A stretch of 64,000 bases of DNA from Thalassovita sp. Lineage in GTDB: Bacteria; Pseudomonadota; Alphaproteobacteria; Rhodobacterales; Rhodobacteraceae. The notes beneath the pieces are model-generated. The model ran no database searches. It was not told where the DNA came from and saw nothing but the letters and a program-made list of their open reading frames with translations. The position numbers were made by a program, and so were the translations under genes. Positions 19,135-28,017 of this stretch are shown piece by piece. The stretch covers positions 55,639 to 119,638 of the forward strand of contig NZ_OZ244657.1 of assembly GCF_965218685.1 (NCBI RefSeq), in the 5' to 3' direction. The stretch's first letter is position 1. Every line of letters starts with the position of its first letter.

Positions 19135-20159
19135 CCACCAAGACAGCCGTAAAATTCGACAATGTTTCCATCGTGTTCGGCGATCATCCAGAACGCGCCC
19201 TTCCCCTGATGGACGAGGGCCAGACCCGCGCACAGGTCCAGGAGGCGACGGATCAGGTGCTGGGCGTCCACAACTGTTCGCTGGACGTGAAAGAGGGCGA
19301 AATTCTTGTGCTGATGGGCTTGTCCGGTTCGGGCAAATCCACGTTATTGCGGGCAGTAAACGGGCTGAACCCGGTCGTGCGCGGCACCACTTTTGTCGGG
19401 GACGGAACCGAGCTGGTGGACGTCACCCATACCGATAAGTCCACCCTGCGCCGTATCCGGATGGAACGCGTGGCCATGGTGTTTCAGCAATTCGGCCTGC
19501 TGCCGTGGCGCTCGGTCCGGGAAAATGTCGGGCTGGGGCTGGAACTTGCGGGCGTGCCCAAATCCGAACGTGCAGCCCGCGTAGAAACGCAATTGGAACT
19601 GGTGGGCCTGGCCGATTGGGCCGACCACCGCGTGGCAGAACTGTCTGGCGGGATGCAACAACGCGTAGGCCTGGCTCGCGCCTTTGCCACCGAAGCCCCG
19701 ATCCTGTTGATGGATGAACCATTCTCGGCGCTGGACCCGTTGATCCGCGCGCATTTGCAGGACGAATTGCTGGATCTTCAGCAAAAACTGCAACGCACCA
19801 TCATTTTCGTCAGCCATGATCTGGACGAGGCATTCAAGCTGGGCAACCGCATCGCCATCATGGAAGGCGGACGGATCGTCCAATGCGGCACCCCGCAAGA
19901 GATTTTCACAGACCCCGCAACGGATTACGTGGCCGAGTTCGTGGCGCATATGAACCCGCTGGGGGTGCTGAGCGCGGCAGATGTAATGCATCCCGCCAAG
20001 GGCGAGGCTGTTTCGAGCGTCGCGGCAGACACGCCGATCAAAGAGGTCATGACAATGACAGCAGATGGCCCTGTTGCAGTGATCGAAGGCGGGCAGACGC
20101 TGGGCCACGTCACCTCGGAAACGATCCTGGCAAAACTGCTGGATCCGCGCGGCAGTTAA
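19131..20159 (+). CDS. choV: Choline ABC transporter ATPase
   Basis: Walker A GLSGSGKS, LSGGMQQR, LLMDEPFSALD; ATGA overlap with choW. Confidence 0.93.
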   Translation: MTTKTAVKFDNVSIVFGDHPERALPLMDEGQTRAQVQEATDQVLGVHNCSLDVKEGEILVLMGLSGSGKSTLLRAVNGLNPVVRGTTFVGDGTELVDVTHTDKSTLRRIRMERVAMVFQQFGLLPWRSVRENVGLGLELAGVPKSERAARVETQLELVGLADWADHRVAELSGGMQQRVGLARAFATEAPILLMDEPFSALDPLIRAHLQDELLDLQQKLQRTIIFVSHDLDEAFKLGNRIAIMEGGRIVQCGTPQEIFTDPATDYVAEFVAHMNPLGVLSAADVMHPAKGEAVSSVAADTPIKEVMTMTADGPVAVIEGGQTLGHVTSETILAKLLDPRGS

Positions 20160-21061
20160 ACCTTGGTGGCTACCGCGACCGGGGTGCGGGTCCGGCGCTT
20201 CAGCACGGCCTCGCGCCAGGTGATGAACGTGACCGAGCTCAGGATCACCATGCCCCCCACCATGACCCACAGGTCCAGCCCCTCGTCGAACACGAAATAC
20301 CCAAGCAGGCTGGCCCAAAGCAGCTGCAAAAACGTCACCGGCTGGGTCACCGTCACCGGGGCCGCGGCAAAGGCCAGCGTCATGGTGTAATGCCCCGCCG
20401 TGGCCAGCAAGGCGACCCCGGTCAACAGCCCCAAAGCGCGCAAGTCGGGCGTTACCCAATTGGCGATCGCCACGGGCGCCAGCCCGATGGTCACGAAAAT
20501 CGACAGCATCCCCACGACAACGGCAGCATTGGTCTGATCGGTCAGGCGCTTGGCCAGCAGGTACGAGGCTCCGAATACAACGGCGGCCAGCAGCATGGCC
20601 AGGTGGCCATCCCCGACCTCGCGAAAACCGGGCCGTAGAATAATAAGAGCGCCGACCAGGGCCGTGATCACCGCCAAAACCCGCCTCAGTGCCAGTTTTT
20701 CACCCAAAAACAGGGCCGCGCCCAAGGTAACATAGATCGGAGAAAGATAGTTCAGCGCCGTTACGTCCGCGATCGGGATGCGCGCCATGGCATAGAACCA
20801 CAGCCCCACCCCGACCGAGTGCGCCAGTCCGCGCAGCGTGAACAGGCCCCATTGCCGTCGTGTCAGCCCCGCCCGCAGAATCGGCCGCATCATGGGCAAC
20901 ACAAAGATCATCCCAATCGCATAGCGCAAGAACGCAGCCTGCGTGGCCGGAATGACCGGACCCAGGGTTTTGACAAGGGCGGTGACTCCGACGAACAGGG
21001 CCCCGGTAACCAGCATCCACAGAATGCCGGCCACGGGTTGTTGAGGTCGCGAATTGTTCAT
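20156..21061 (-). CDS. DMT/EamA-family transporter
   Basis: Two EamA repeats, ten hydrophobic helices, LGEKL motif. Confidence 0.85.
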   Translation of the reverse strand: MNNSRPQQPVAGILWMLVTGALFVGVTALVKTLGPVIPATQAAFLRYAIGMIFVLPMMRPILRAGLTRRQWGLFTLRGLAHSVGVGLWFYAMARIPIADVTALNYLSPIYVTLGAALFLGEKLALRRVLAVITALVGALIILRPGFREVGDGHLAMLLAAVVFGASYLLAKRLTDQTNAAVVVGMLSIFVTIGLAPVAIANWVTPDLRALGLLTGVALLATAGHYTMTLAFAAAPVTVTQPVTFLQLLWASLLGYFVFDEGLDLWVMVGGMVILSSVTFITWREAVLKRRTRTPVAVATKV

Positions 21062-21098
21062 ATGTGTATTATCTGCCGGACCTAAACCAAGCGCAAGC

Positions 21099-21692
21099 TC
21101 AAACCAGCAGGCTCAGCGCGACGGACCACATGATGCATCCCACAAAGGCATCCAGAACCCGCCACGCGACGGGCCGTTCGAACAAGGGCGCAAGACGCCG
21201 CGCGCCATAGCCCAGCGAAAAGAAGAACGCAAAGCTGGCCGTTATGGCCCCCAGCGCGAAATGCAGCCTGTCAGGATATTGCGCCGCGACCGAACCCAAC
21301 AGCACCACCGTATCCAGATAGACATGCGGATTGGCCCATGTCAGCAGCAGGCAGGTGACCAGAACCCCGCCCAGACTTGCACGCCCCGATTGGGCCGCTT
21401 GCAGGTTCTCTCCGCCCTTCCAGGCCGCCCAAAAGGCTCGCGCGCCATAGATCAGCAGGAACGCCGCCCCACCCCAACGCATCACCGGCTCTAACCAGGG
21501 CAGCCGATTGACCAGCGCCCCGAATCCCGACACGCCCGCCGCTATCAGGATCGCATCCGACAGCGCACAGGTCAGGCAAACCGCAAAGACATGCTCGCGC
21601 CGGATGCCCTGCCGCAACACGAATGCATTCTGCGCACCGATAGCCATGATCAAAGACAGGCCCAGCCAAAATCCCGCGGTCAAAGACGTCAT
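21099..21692 (-). CDS. argO: LysE/ArgO-family amino acid exporter
   Basis: IMAIGAQNAFVLRQG and TWANPHVYLDTVVLLGS signatures. Confidence 0.88.
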   Translation of the reverse strand: MTSLTAGFWLGLSLIMAIGAQNAFVLRQGIRREHVFAVCLTCALSDAILIAAGVSGFGALVNRLPWLEPVMRWGGAAFLLIYGARAFWAAWKGGENLQAAQSGRASLGGVLVTCLLLTWANPHVYLDTVVLLGSVAAQYPDRLHFALGAITASFAFFFSLGYGARRLAPLFERPVAWRVLDAFVGCIMWSVALSLLV

Positions 21693-21760
21693 GAAACCTA
21701 CTTGCCTGTTGTTGTGTTGGGCAAGGAACCCAAGCCCCAGCCGCCCGACAGTAGCTCAAT

Positions 21761-21789
21761 TTCCGGCAATCCCAAGCCGGAAGTTTTTT
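21761..21789 (+). terminator. Intrinsic terminator on + strand with no annotated + gene upstream
   Basis: TTCCGGC-AATCCCAA-GCCGGAA followed by G and six T. Confidence 0.55.
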
Positions 21790-21948
21790 GTCCACAGGTT
21801 TTTCCACTGCATTTGGAAGATTTGTGGAGAAATCTCTTTGATGTCAGAAATGGGATAGTAATTGCTAAATATCGAGGCGTAAAAACGCTATAAAAGGCTG
21901 ATATATATAAGTGAAGCCTCACGCAAACCCGTTCGATCTTGTGGATAA
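21788..21948. promoter_or_regulatory. DnaA-box cluster flanking an AT-rich segment
   Basis: TTGTCCACA 21788-21796, TTTTCCACT 21800-21808, TGTGGAGAA 21823-21831 (one mismatch each) and perfect TGTGGATAA 21940-21948; AT-rich stretch about 21845-21912. Confidence 0.65.
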
Positions 21949-22001
21949 CCCTCCGCAGGTCGCGTCAATCCTGACGACTACGCGCGCCCAGGAATGAAAT
22001 A

Positions 22002-22024
22002 GGCCAGTCCGATCCGGACTGGCC
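22002..22024. terminator. Hairpin terminator downstream of yebC
   Basis: GGCCAGTCC-GATCC-GGACTGGCC with T-rich flanks on both strands. Confidence 0.7.
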
Positions 22025-22048
22025 CTTTCGCATAACTATGTGTGGGAA

Positions 22049-22789
22049 TCAAAGCTGATCCATCACCTCGTCCGAGGCTTCGAAGTTGGTGGTGACGCGC
22101 TGCACATCGTCGTCATCTTCCAAGGCATCAATCAGCTTCATCAGCTTTTGCATGTCTTCCAGACCCAGCTCGGTGGTGGTCTGCGGTTTCCACACCAGCT
22201 TGGTCGAGTCCGACTCGCCCAGCTCAGCCTCAAGCGCGTTCGACACCTCGTTCAGGTCCGTATCGGCACACCAGATGATGTGACCATCTTCGCTGCTTTC
22301 CACATCTTCGGCGCCAGCCTCGATTGCGGCCATCATCACGGTGTCCGCATCCCCAACGGATGCCGAGTATGTCACCTCGCCCTTGCGATCGAACATGAAG
22401 CCGACCGAACCGGTTTCACCCAGGTTGCCGCCGTTCTTGGTAAAGGTAGACCGCACGACCGAGGCGGTGCGGTTCCGGTTGTCAGTCATCGCCTCGACGA
22501 TCACGGCAACACCGTTGGGGCCATAGCCCTCGTAGCGGATTTCTTCGTAATCGTCGCCGTCGCCTGCGGTCGATTTCTTGATCGCGCGTTCAATCACGTC
22601 CTTGGGGACGGATTGCGACTTGGCCTCTTTCACGGCCAGGCGCAGGCGCGGGTTCTTGTCCGGATCAGGGTCGCCCATTTTCGCGGCGACGGTGATTTCC
22701 TTCGACAGTTTGGAAAACAGCTTCGAACGGGCGGCGTCTTGCCGGCCTTTACGGTGCTGGATGTTTGCCCATTTAGAGTGGCCGGCCAT
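22049..22789 (-). CDS. yebC: YebC/PmpR-family protein
   Basis: [38 protein letters not shown] signatures. Confidence 0.97.
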   Translation of the reverse strand: MAGHSKWANIQHRKGRQDAARSKLFSKLSKEITVAAKMGDPDPDKNPRLRLAVKEAKSQSVPKDVIERAIKKSTAGDGDDYEEIRYEGYGPNGVAVIVEAMTDNRNRTASVVRSTFTKNGGNLGETGSVGFMFDRKGEVTYSASVGDADTVMMAAIEAGAEDVESSEDGHIIWCADTDLNEVSNALEAELGESDSTKLVWKPQTTTELGLEDMQKLMKLIDALEDDDDVQRVTTNFEASDEVMDQL

Positions 22790-22910
22790 CGGTGCCTCCA
22801 TCATCTGAATACATTTCGTCGCGTCTCTATAAGTCAGGCGGGGGGCGGGCCGCAAGGAGGTTGCGTTCATCGCGGCCATGCGATTGTCTGGCAGGCAGGA
22901 GGCCCAGCCC

Positions 22911-24683
22911 ATGACCACAGACCAGATTATCCTGTTTTCCCTGTTCGGCGGTGTTTTCGCCATGCTTCTGTGGGGTCGGTTCCGCTATGACCTGGTGGCG
23001 TTTTCTGCGCTGATGGTGGGGGTGGTGCTGGGCGTGGTGCCGGTGAAAGACGCATTTTCTGGTTTCGGCCACTCGGCCACGCTGGTTGTGGCGCTGGTGC
23101 TGGTGGTCTCGGCCGGATTGGTACGATCAGGCGCGGTGTTCCTGATCACGCGCACCATGGTGGACAGCAGTCGCGCCCTGGGGGGGCATATCGCGCTGAT
23201 GGGCGGATTCGGCGGCATCCTGTCGGCCTTCATGAACAATGTCGCCGCGCTGGCGCTGCTGATGCCGGTGGATATTCAAACCGCGCATAAGGCGGGCCGC
23301 AGCCCGGGGCTGAGCCTGATGCCGCTGAGTTTCGCAACCATCCTTGGCGGCATGGCCACGCTGATCGGCACCCCGCCCAACATCATCATCGCGGCGATCC
23401 GCGAGGAATCCTTGGGCGAGCCGTTTTCCATGTTCGATTTCGCCCCCGTGGGCGGGCTGACGGCCATTGCGGGGCTGATTTTCGTCGCCCTGATCGGCTG
23501 GCGCCTGATCCCAAAACGCGAGGATGCCACCGCGCAAGTGGCTGAACTTGGAGACTATATTGCCGAGCTAACCGTACCGGAAGGCAACAAGCTGATCGGT
23601 CAACGTCTGGAAGAGCTGTACGAGGAGGCAGAAAAAGCGGACGTGGCCATTATCGGGCTGATCCGCGACGGAAAACGCCGCTATGGCCGGTCGCGATACA
23701 CCATGTTGCAGGCCGAGGACGCGCTGGTACTGGAGGCAAGTCCCGATGCGCTGGACGAATTCCGCTCGGCCCTGTCGCTGGCCTTTTCGGATGAAAAACG
23801 CGAAAGCCTTCTGAAGGCCGAGGGTGACGGGCTGGAGGTGATCGAGGCCGTGGTGCCCGTTGAATCCCGCCTGAATGGACGCACCGCACAAGCCGTGGGG
23901 CTGGCGTGGCGGCAACGCTCGGTCCTTCTGGGGATTTCACGACGGGGGAAATCCATCCGTCAACAAGTCCGTAAAACCGAGGTCGAGGCCGGGGATATCC
24001 TGTTGCTGCTGGTTCCGCGCGGCACCGGGGCTGACGTGATGGATTGGCTGGGCGTCCTGCCACTGGCAAGTCGCGGCCTGTCGGTGACCGAAAACTCGAA
24101 AACCTGGCTGGCCATTGGCCTGTTCGCAGCCGCCGTGCTGGCCGCCAGCCTGGGCCTTGTTTATCTGCCCGTGGCGCTGGGTCTGGTCGTTGTGGCCTAT
24201 GTGCTCAGCAAGATCCTGCCCCTGCAGGAGCTTTACGACCATATCGAATGGCCCGTGGTGGTCTTGCTGGGCTCGATGATCCCGCTGGGGGCGGCGCTGG
24301 AAACCTCGGGCGGGACCGAGCTGATCGCCAGCAGCTTGGTGAACCTGACCCAAGGCTGGCCCGCCTGGGCCATTCTTACAGTTCTGATGGTGGTGACGAT
24401 GACCCTGTCAGACGTATTGAACAATACCGCCACGGCCATTGTCGCGGCCCCCATCGGCATCCAGATGGCGCAGCAACTGGGTGTGAATCCCGACCCGTTC
24501 CTGATGGCCGTTGCAATCGCTGCCTCGGCCGCCTTTCTGACGCCCATCGGGCACAAGAACAACACGCTGGTGCTGGGCCCTGGTGGGTATCACTTTGGTG
24601 ACTACTGGCGCATGGGTCTGCCGCTTGAAATTCTGGTCGTTAGTGTCTCGATCCCATTGATCCTGATCTTCTGGCCGCTGTAA
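22911..24683 (+). CDS. SLC13-family permease with TrkA-C domains (copy 1)
   Basis: [22 protein letters not shown], two central TrkA-C repeats, [14 protein letters not shown]...GGYHFGDY. Confidence 0.9.
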   Translation: MTTDQIILFSLFGGVFAMLLWGRFRYDLVAFSALMVGVVLGVVPVKDAFSGFGHSATLVVALVLVVSAGLVRSGAVFLITRTMVDSSRALGGHIALMGGFGGILSAFMNNVAALALLMPVDIQTAHKAGRSPGLSLMPLSFATILGGMATLIGTPPNIIIAAIREESLGEPFSMFDFAPVGGLTAIAGLIFVALIGWRLIPKREDATAQVAELGDYIAELTVPEGNKLIGQRLEELYEEAEKADVAIIGLIRDGKRRYGRSRYTMLQAEDALVLEASPDALDEFRSALSLAFSDEKRESLLKAEGDGLEVIEAVVPVESRLNGRTAQAVGLAWRQRSVLLGISRRGKSIRQQVRKTEVEAGDILLLLVPRGTGADVMDWLGVLPLASRGLSVTENSKTWLAIGLFAAAVLAASLGLVYLPVALGLVVVAYVLSKILPLQELYDHIEWPVVVLLGSMIPLGAALETSGGTELIASSLVNLTQGWPAWAILTVLMVVTMTLSDVLNNTATAIVAAPIGIQMAQQLGVNPDPFLMAVAIAASAAFLTPIGHKNNTLVLGPGGYHFGDYWRMGLPLEILVVSVSIPLILIFWPL

Positions 24684-24687
24684 CCTC

Positions 24688-26466
24688 TTAAAGCGGAAAG
24701 AAAAACGGGATCAGCGCAGAAGCCAGAATGCCCATGCTCAGGTTCAGCGGCACGCCTACCTTCATGAAATCGGTGAACCGATATCCGCCCGGACCGTAGA
24801 CCAGCATGTTGGTCTGGTACCCGATGGGCGTTGCAAAGCTGCACGAGGCCGCCAGCATCACCGCCACCACCAAGGGCCGCGGATCAACGCCCAGCGCACT
24901 GGCCAGCCCCATGGCAATCGGGGTCACCACCACGGCAACGGCGTTGTTCGACACCATCTCTGTCAGAACAGAGGTCAGCAGGTACACCGCCCAGATCATC
25001 AGGAAAGGCGGCATTGCGGACAGGGCCGGTTCAACAAAGCCCACAACCATCTCGACAGCGCCGGTGTGTTGCAGCGATGCGCCAATGGCCAGCATCGCGA
25101 AAATCAACGCCAGCAAACGTCCATCGATATAGGAAAATGCCTCGTCTGAATCGATGCAGCGGGTGATCAGCACCAGCGCCACGGCCAGTGTCGCCAGCAG
25201 CAGGATCGGTGCCAGACCAAAGCCCGCCAGAACGACCACGCCAAACAGCGCCGCGATGGCAATGGGGGCCTGACTGCGGCGGAACGCTTTGGCCGAGGGA
25301 TGGCTTACATCCACCATATCCATGTCTGCGGCCAGACGCTGGATATCATCGGGCGAGCCCTCAAGCAGCAAGGTATCCCCCACGCGCACCACCAGGTTTT
25401 GCAGATTCGAGCCGATATTCTGGTTTCGACGGTGCACGGCCAAAGGATACACACCATAGCGACGGCGCAAACGCATCTCGCCCAACGAGCGACCCACCAT
25501 TTTACAGCCCGGCGTGATCAGCACCTCGACTGTCTGCGTTTCCACGGCCGAAACCTGGTCCATACGCTTAAGGCTTTTGTTGCGCTGAAGGCTCAGCAGC
25601 TCGGTCATCTGGGTTCGCAGGATGACACGGTCACCGACCTGTAGCTCGACCCCTTTCATATCATGACGCAAGGACTGATCGCCCCGGATCACGTCAATCA
25701 GGCGCACGCCTTCGCGTTTGAACAGCTGCACGGATTGCACTTCGCGGCCGATCAGGTTGGAATCGGGGGGAATCACGGCCTCGGTGAAGAACTTCATCCG
25801 GCTTTTGTCTGACAGCATGCTGGCCATGCTGGTGCGGTCTGGCAGCAGAAAGCGACCAAAGACCACAAGGTACAGCATCCCCCAGAGGACCAGAATAACG
25901 GCCAGGGGCGTGACCTCGAAGATAGAAAAAGCCTTCAGCCCCTGCGCCCGCGCGACACCATCCACCAGCAGGTTGGTCGAGGTTCCCACCAGGGTCAGCG
26001 TCCCGCCGATTATCGCGGCATAACTAAGCGGAATCAGCAGCTTGCTGGCCCCAACCCCCAAGGTCCGGCTTAGCTGCACAAAGACCGGGATCATCACCAC
26101 GACCACCGGCGTATTATTCATCACCGCCGAGGCCAGAACCACAAAGGCCAGCAGCATCGCGATCGCCATTTTGGGATTTGTTCTGGCCTGCTTGTCAGCC
26201 AGAACCGTAAAGGCGTCCAAGGCGCCCGTCCGCACAAGCGCGCCCATCACGATGAACATCATCGCAATCGTCCATGGAGCGGGGTTGGACAGAACGCTCA
26301 GCGCGGCGTCATAGGGCAGCAGACCAAAGACCAGCATGAACCCAACGCCGAAAATGGCAACGACCTCGGTTGGAAAGACTTCTTTGACGAAAAGGACGAA
26401 CATGCCCAACACGACCAAAAGCGCCAAGATCGCCTGCGTGGACTGGGACAGATGGAAAAGATCCAT
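24688..26466 (-). CDS. SLC13-family permease with TrkA-C domains (copy 2)
   Basis: SAVMNNTPVV, GGTLTLVGTSTNLLV, TrkA-C repeats, SFATPIGYQTNMLVYGPGGYRFTDF. Confidence 0.9.
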   Translation of the reverse strand: MDLFHLSQSTQAILALLVVLGMFVLFVKEVFPTEVVAIFGVGFMLVFGLLPYDAALSVLSNPAPWTIAMMFIVMGALVRTGALDAFTVLADKQARTNPKMAIAMLLAFVVLASAVMNNTPVVVVMIPVFVQLSRTLGVGASKLLIPLSYAAIIGGTLTLVGTSTNLLVDGVARAQGLKAFSIFEVTPLAVILVLWGMLYLVVFGRFLLPDRTSMASMLSDKSRMKFFTEAVIPPDSNLIGREVQSVQLFKREGVRLIDVIRGDQSLRHDMKGVELQVGDRVILRTQMTELLSLQRNKSLKRMDQVSAVETQTVEVLITPGCKMVGRSLGEMRLRRRYGVYPLAVHRRNQNIGSNLQNLVVRVGDTLLLEGSPDDIQRLAADMDMVDVSHPSAKAFRRSQAPIAIAALFGVVVLAGFGLAPILLLATLAVALVLITRCIDSDEAFSYIDGRLLALIFAMLAIGASLQHTGAVEMVVGFVEPALSAMPPFLMIWAVYLLTSVLTEMVSNNAVAVVVTPIAMGLASALGVDPRPLVVAVMLAASCSFATPIGYQTNMLVYGPGGYRFTDFMKVGVPLNLSMGILASALIPFFFPL

Positions 26467-26574
26467 ATAGATATCCTGTGCAATCAATTCGAAATAGTGT
26501 CGCCCAAGCCGTCACAACGGGCAAGAGGGCATCTGCACCCCAGCCCGAATTGTCCGGCTTGGAAAAAAATGTGA

Positions 26575-27387
26575 TTATAAACCAGACTGTTGCAAGCGTC
26601 CGCCCTGACGGATCATGCGGATTTCCTTGGCCAGCCCGGTCTTGTCGTCAGTCTCGACATAAACACCGGAAAGGGTGGCCTCGGCGGCGGCGGGGGTAAA
26701 GCGCCCCTTGACCATGCCGGTCACGAAACGGCGCATCGGCTCGGCTTTTTCCATGCCGATCACGCTGTCATAATCGCCGCACATGCCCGCGTCGGACAGG
26801 AACCCGGTGCCCTTGGGCAGGATCTGGGCGTCCCCCGTTGGTACGTGGGTATGCGTGCCCACAACAAGGCTGGCGCGGCCGTCGCAGAAATGCCCCACGC
26901 CCATCTTTTCGCTGGTCGCTTCGCAATGGATGTCCACCAACGCCGCCTGCACCGATCCGCCCAGCGTGTGACGCTTAAGCACCTCGTCAATGGTAGAGAA
27001 CGGATCATCAAAGGCGCGTTTCATGAACACGTTGCCCAGCACCTGAGCCACCAGGATCCTGCGCCCGCGCCGGTCCTGGAATACCCGCGCGCCCAACCCC
27101 GGAGCGGCCTTTGCATAGTTCAAAGGCCGCAGCACCCGGGGTTCGCTTTCGATGAACTGCAACATGTCTTTTTGGTCGAACGCATGATCGCCCAAGGTCA
27201 GAACGTCGGCGCCCGCCTCAAGCAGCACCTTCGCATGAGCTCCGGTCAGCCCAGCGCCGTTGCTGGCGTTCTCGCCATTTACGACGACGAAATCCAGCTT
27301 CCACTCGTCACGCAGACGCGGCAGGTTTTCACTTACGGCCCGCCGTCCGGCGCGACCCATCACATCACCAAGGAATAGTATCTTCAT
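26575..27387 (-). CDS. ymdB: TIGR00282/YmdB-family metallophosphoesterase
   Basis: LFLGDVMG, NGEN, DIHCEATSEK, GTHTHVPT, DAGMCG. Confidence 0.9.
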   Translation of the reverse strand: MKILFLGDVMGRAGRRAVSENLPRLRDEWKLDFVVVNGENASNGAGLTGAHAKVLLEAGADVLTLGDHAFDQKDMLQFIESEPRVLRPLNYAKAAPGLGARVFQDRRGRRILVAQVLGNVFMKRAFDDPFSTIDEVLKRHTLGGSVQAALVDIHCEATSEKMGVGHFCDGRASLVVGTHTHVPTGDAQILPKGTGFLSDAGMCGDYDSVIGMEKAEPMRRFVTGMVKGRFTPAAAEATLSGVYVETDDKTGLAKEIRMIRQGGRLQQSGL

Positions 27388-27456
27388 AAGAACTGCCTAG
27401 GCCGCGGCGGCGCGACAGGCAAGGGTGAACATCGCCAATCAGGGCGTCGAAGGCCG

Positions 27457-28017
27457 CTAAGCCAGTGTCAGAACGCCCTGTTCGGTCACGATCATGTCCA
27501 AAGGCTGGTCTGTAGGCTCCAGCGGCAGGACCTCGGCCTCTTGCGCGGCATAGGCAAAGCCGATGGCCAGCGTCGCCCGGCGCGCGCGCAATTGCTGCAA
27601 CGTTCGATCGTAATACCCCCCGCCATAGCCCAGCCGCCCGCCTTTGCGGTCAAAGGCCACCAGCGGGACGATCACGATCTCGGGTTCGAAAAAGTCATCC
27701 TGGGCGGGAATTTGCGCGCCAAAAGGGCCCTCTTTCATCTTGCAGCCCGGCTCCCATCTGGAAAACTTCAGCGGCTGCCCCTCGCCCGTGATCACCGGCA
27801 CGCCGACGGGTCCATGGGCCGAGGCCTCTTCCATCGCGGGCAGCGGGTTAATCTCGGTTCGGATGGGCATGTATCCGGCCAGCGGCACCCCCCGAAAACC
27901 TGCCAGCACCTGCGAAAGATGCCCCGCGCGTCCGACCAGCCCGGCCCCATGCGCAGATTTGCGCCGGGCGAAGGCGGCCTTGCGCGCTGCGGCCTTTTGC
28001 GCGGCCAGATCGCTCAT
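27457..28017 (-). CDS. ygfA: 5-formyltetrahydrofolate cyclo-ligase
   Basis: VPLVAFDRKGGRLGYGGGYYDR signature; start overlaps the mgtE stop. Confidence 0.93.
   Translation of the reverse strand: MSDLAAQKAAARKAAFARRKSAHGAGLVGRAGHLSQVLAGFRGVPLAGYMPIRTEINPLPAMEEASAHGPVGVPVITGEGQPLKFSRWEPGCKMKEGPFGAQIPAQDDFFEPEIVIVPLVAFDRKGGRLGYGGGYYDRTLQQLRARRATLAIGFAYAAQEAEVLPLEPTDQPLDMIVTEQGVLTLA

Noticed and set aside
21788-21948. Calling the DnaA-box cluster the chromosomal oriC
   Set aside because: KOPS orientation and apparent C-richness of the + strand do not switch here, and there are no dnaA, hemE or parAB neighbours. Kept as a non-origin cluster pending skew analysis.
27388-28017. 6S RNA next to ygfA
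   Set aside because: ygfA is directly coupled to mgtE upstream and has only 69 nt downstream, leaving no room for a roughly 160-190 nt rod.
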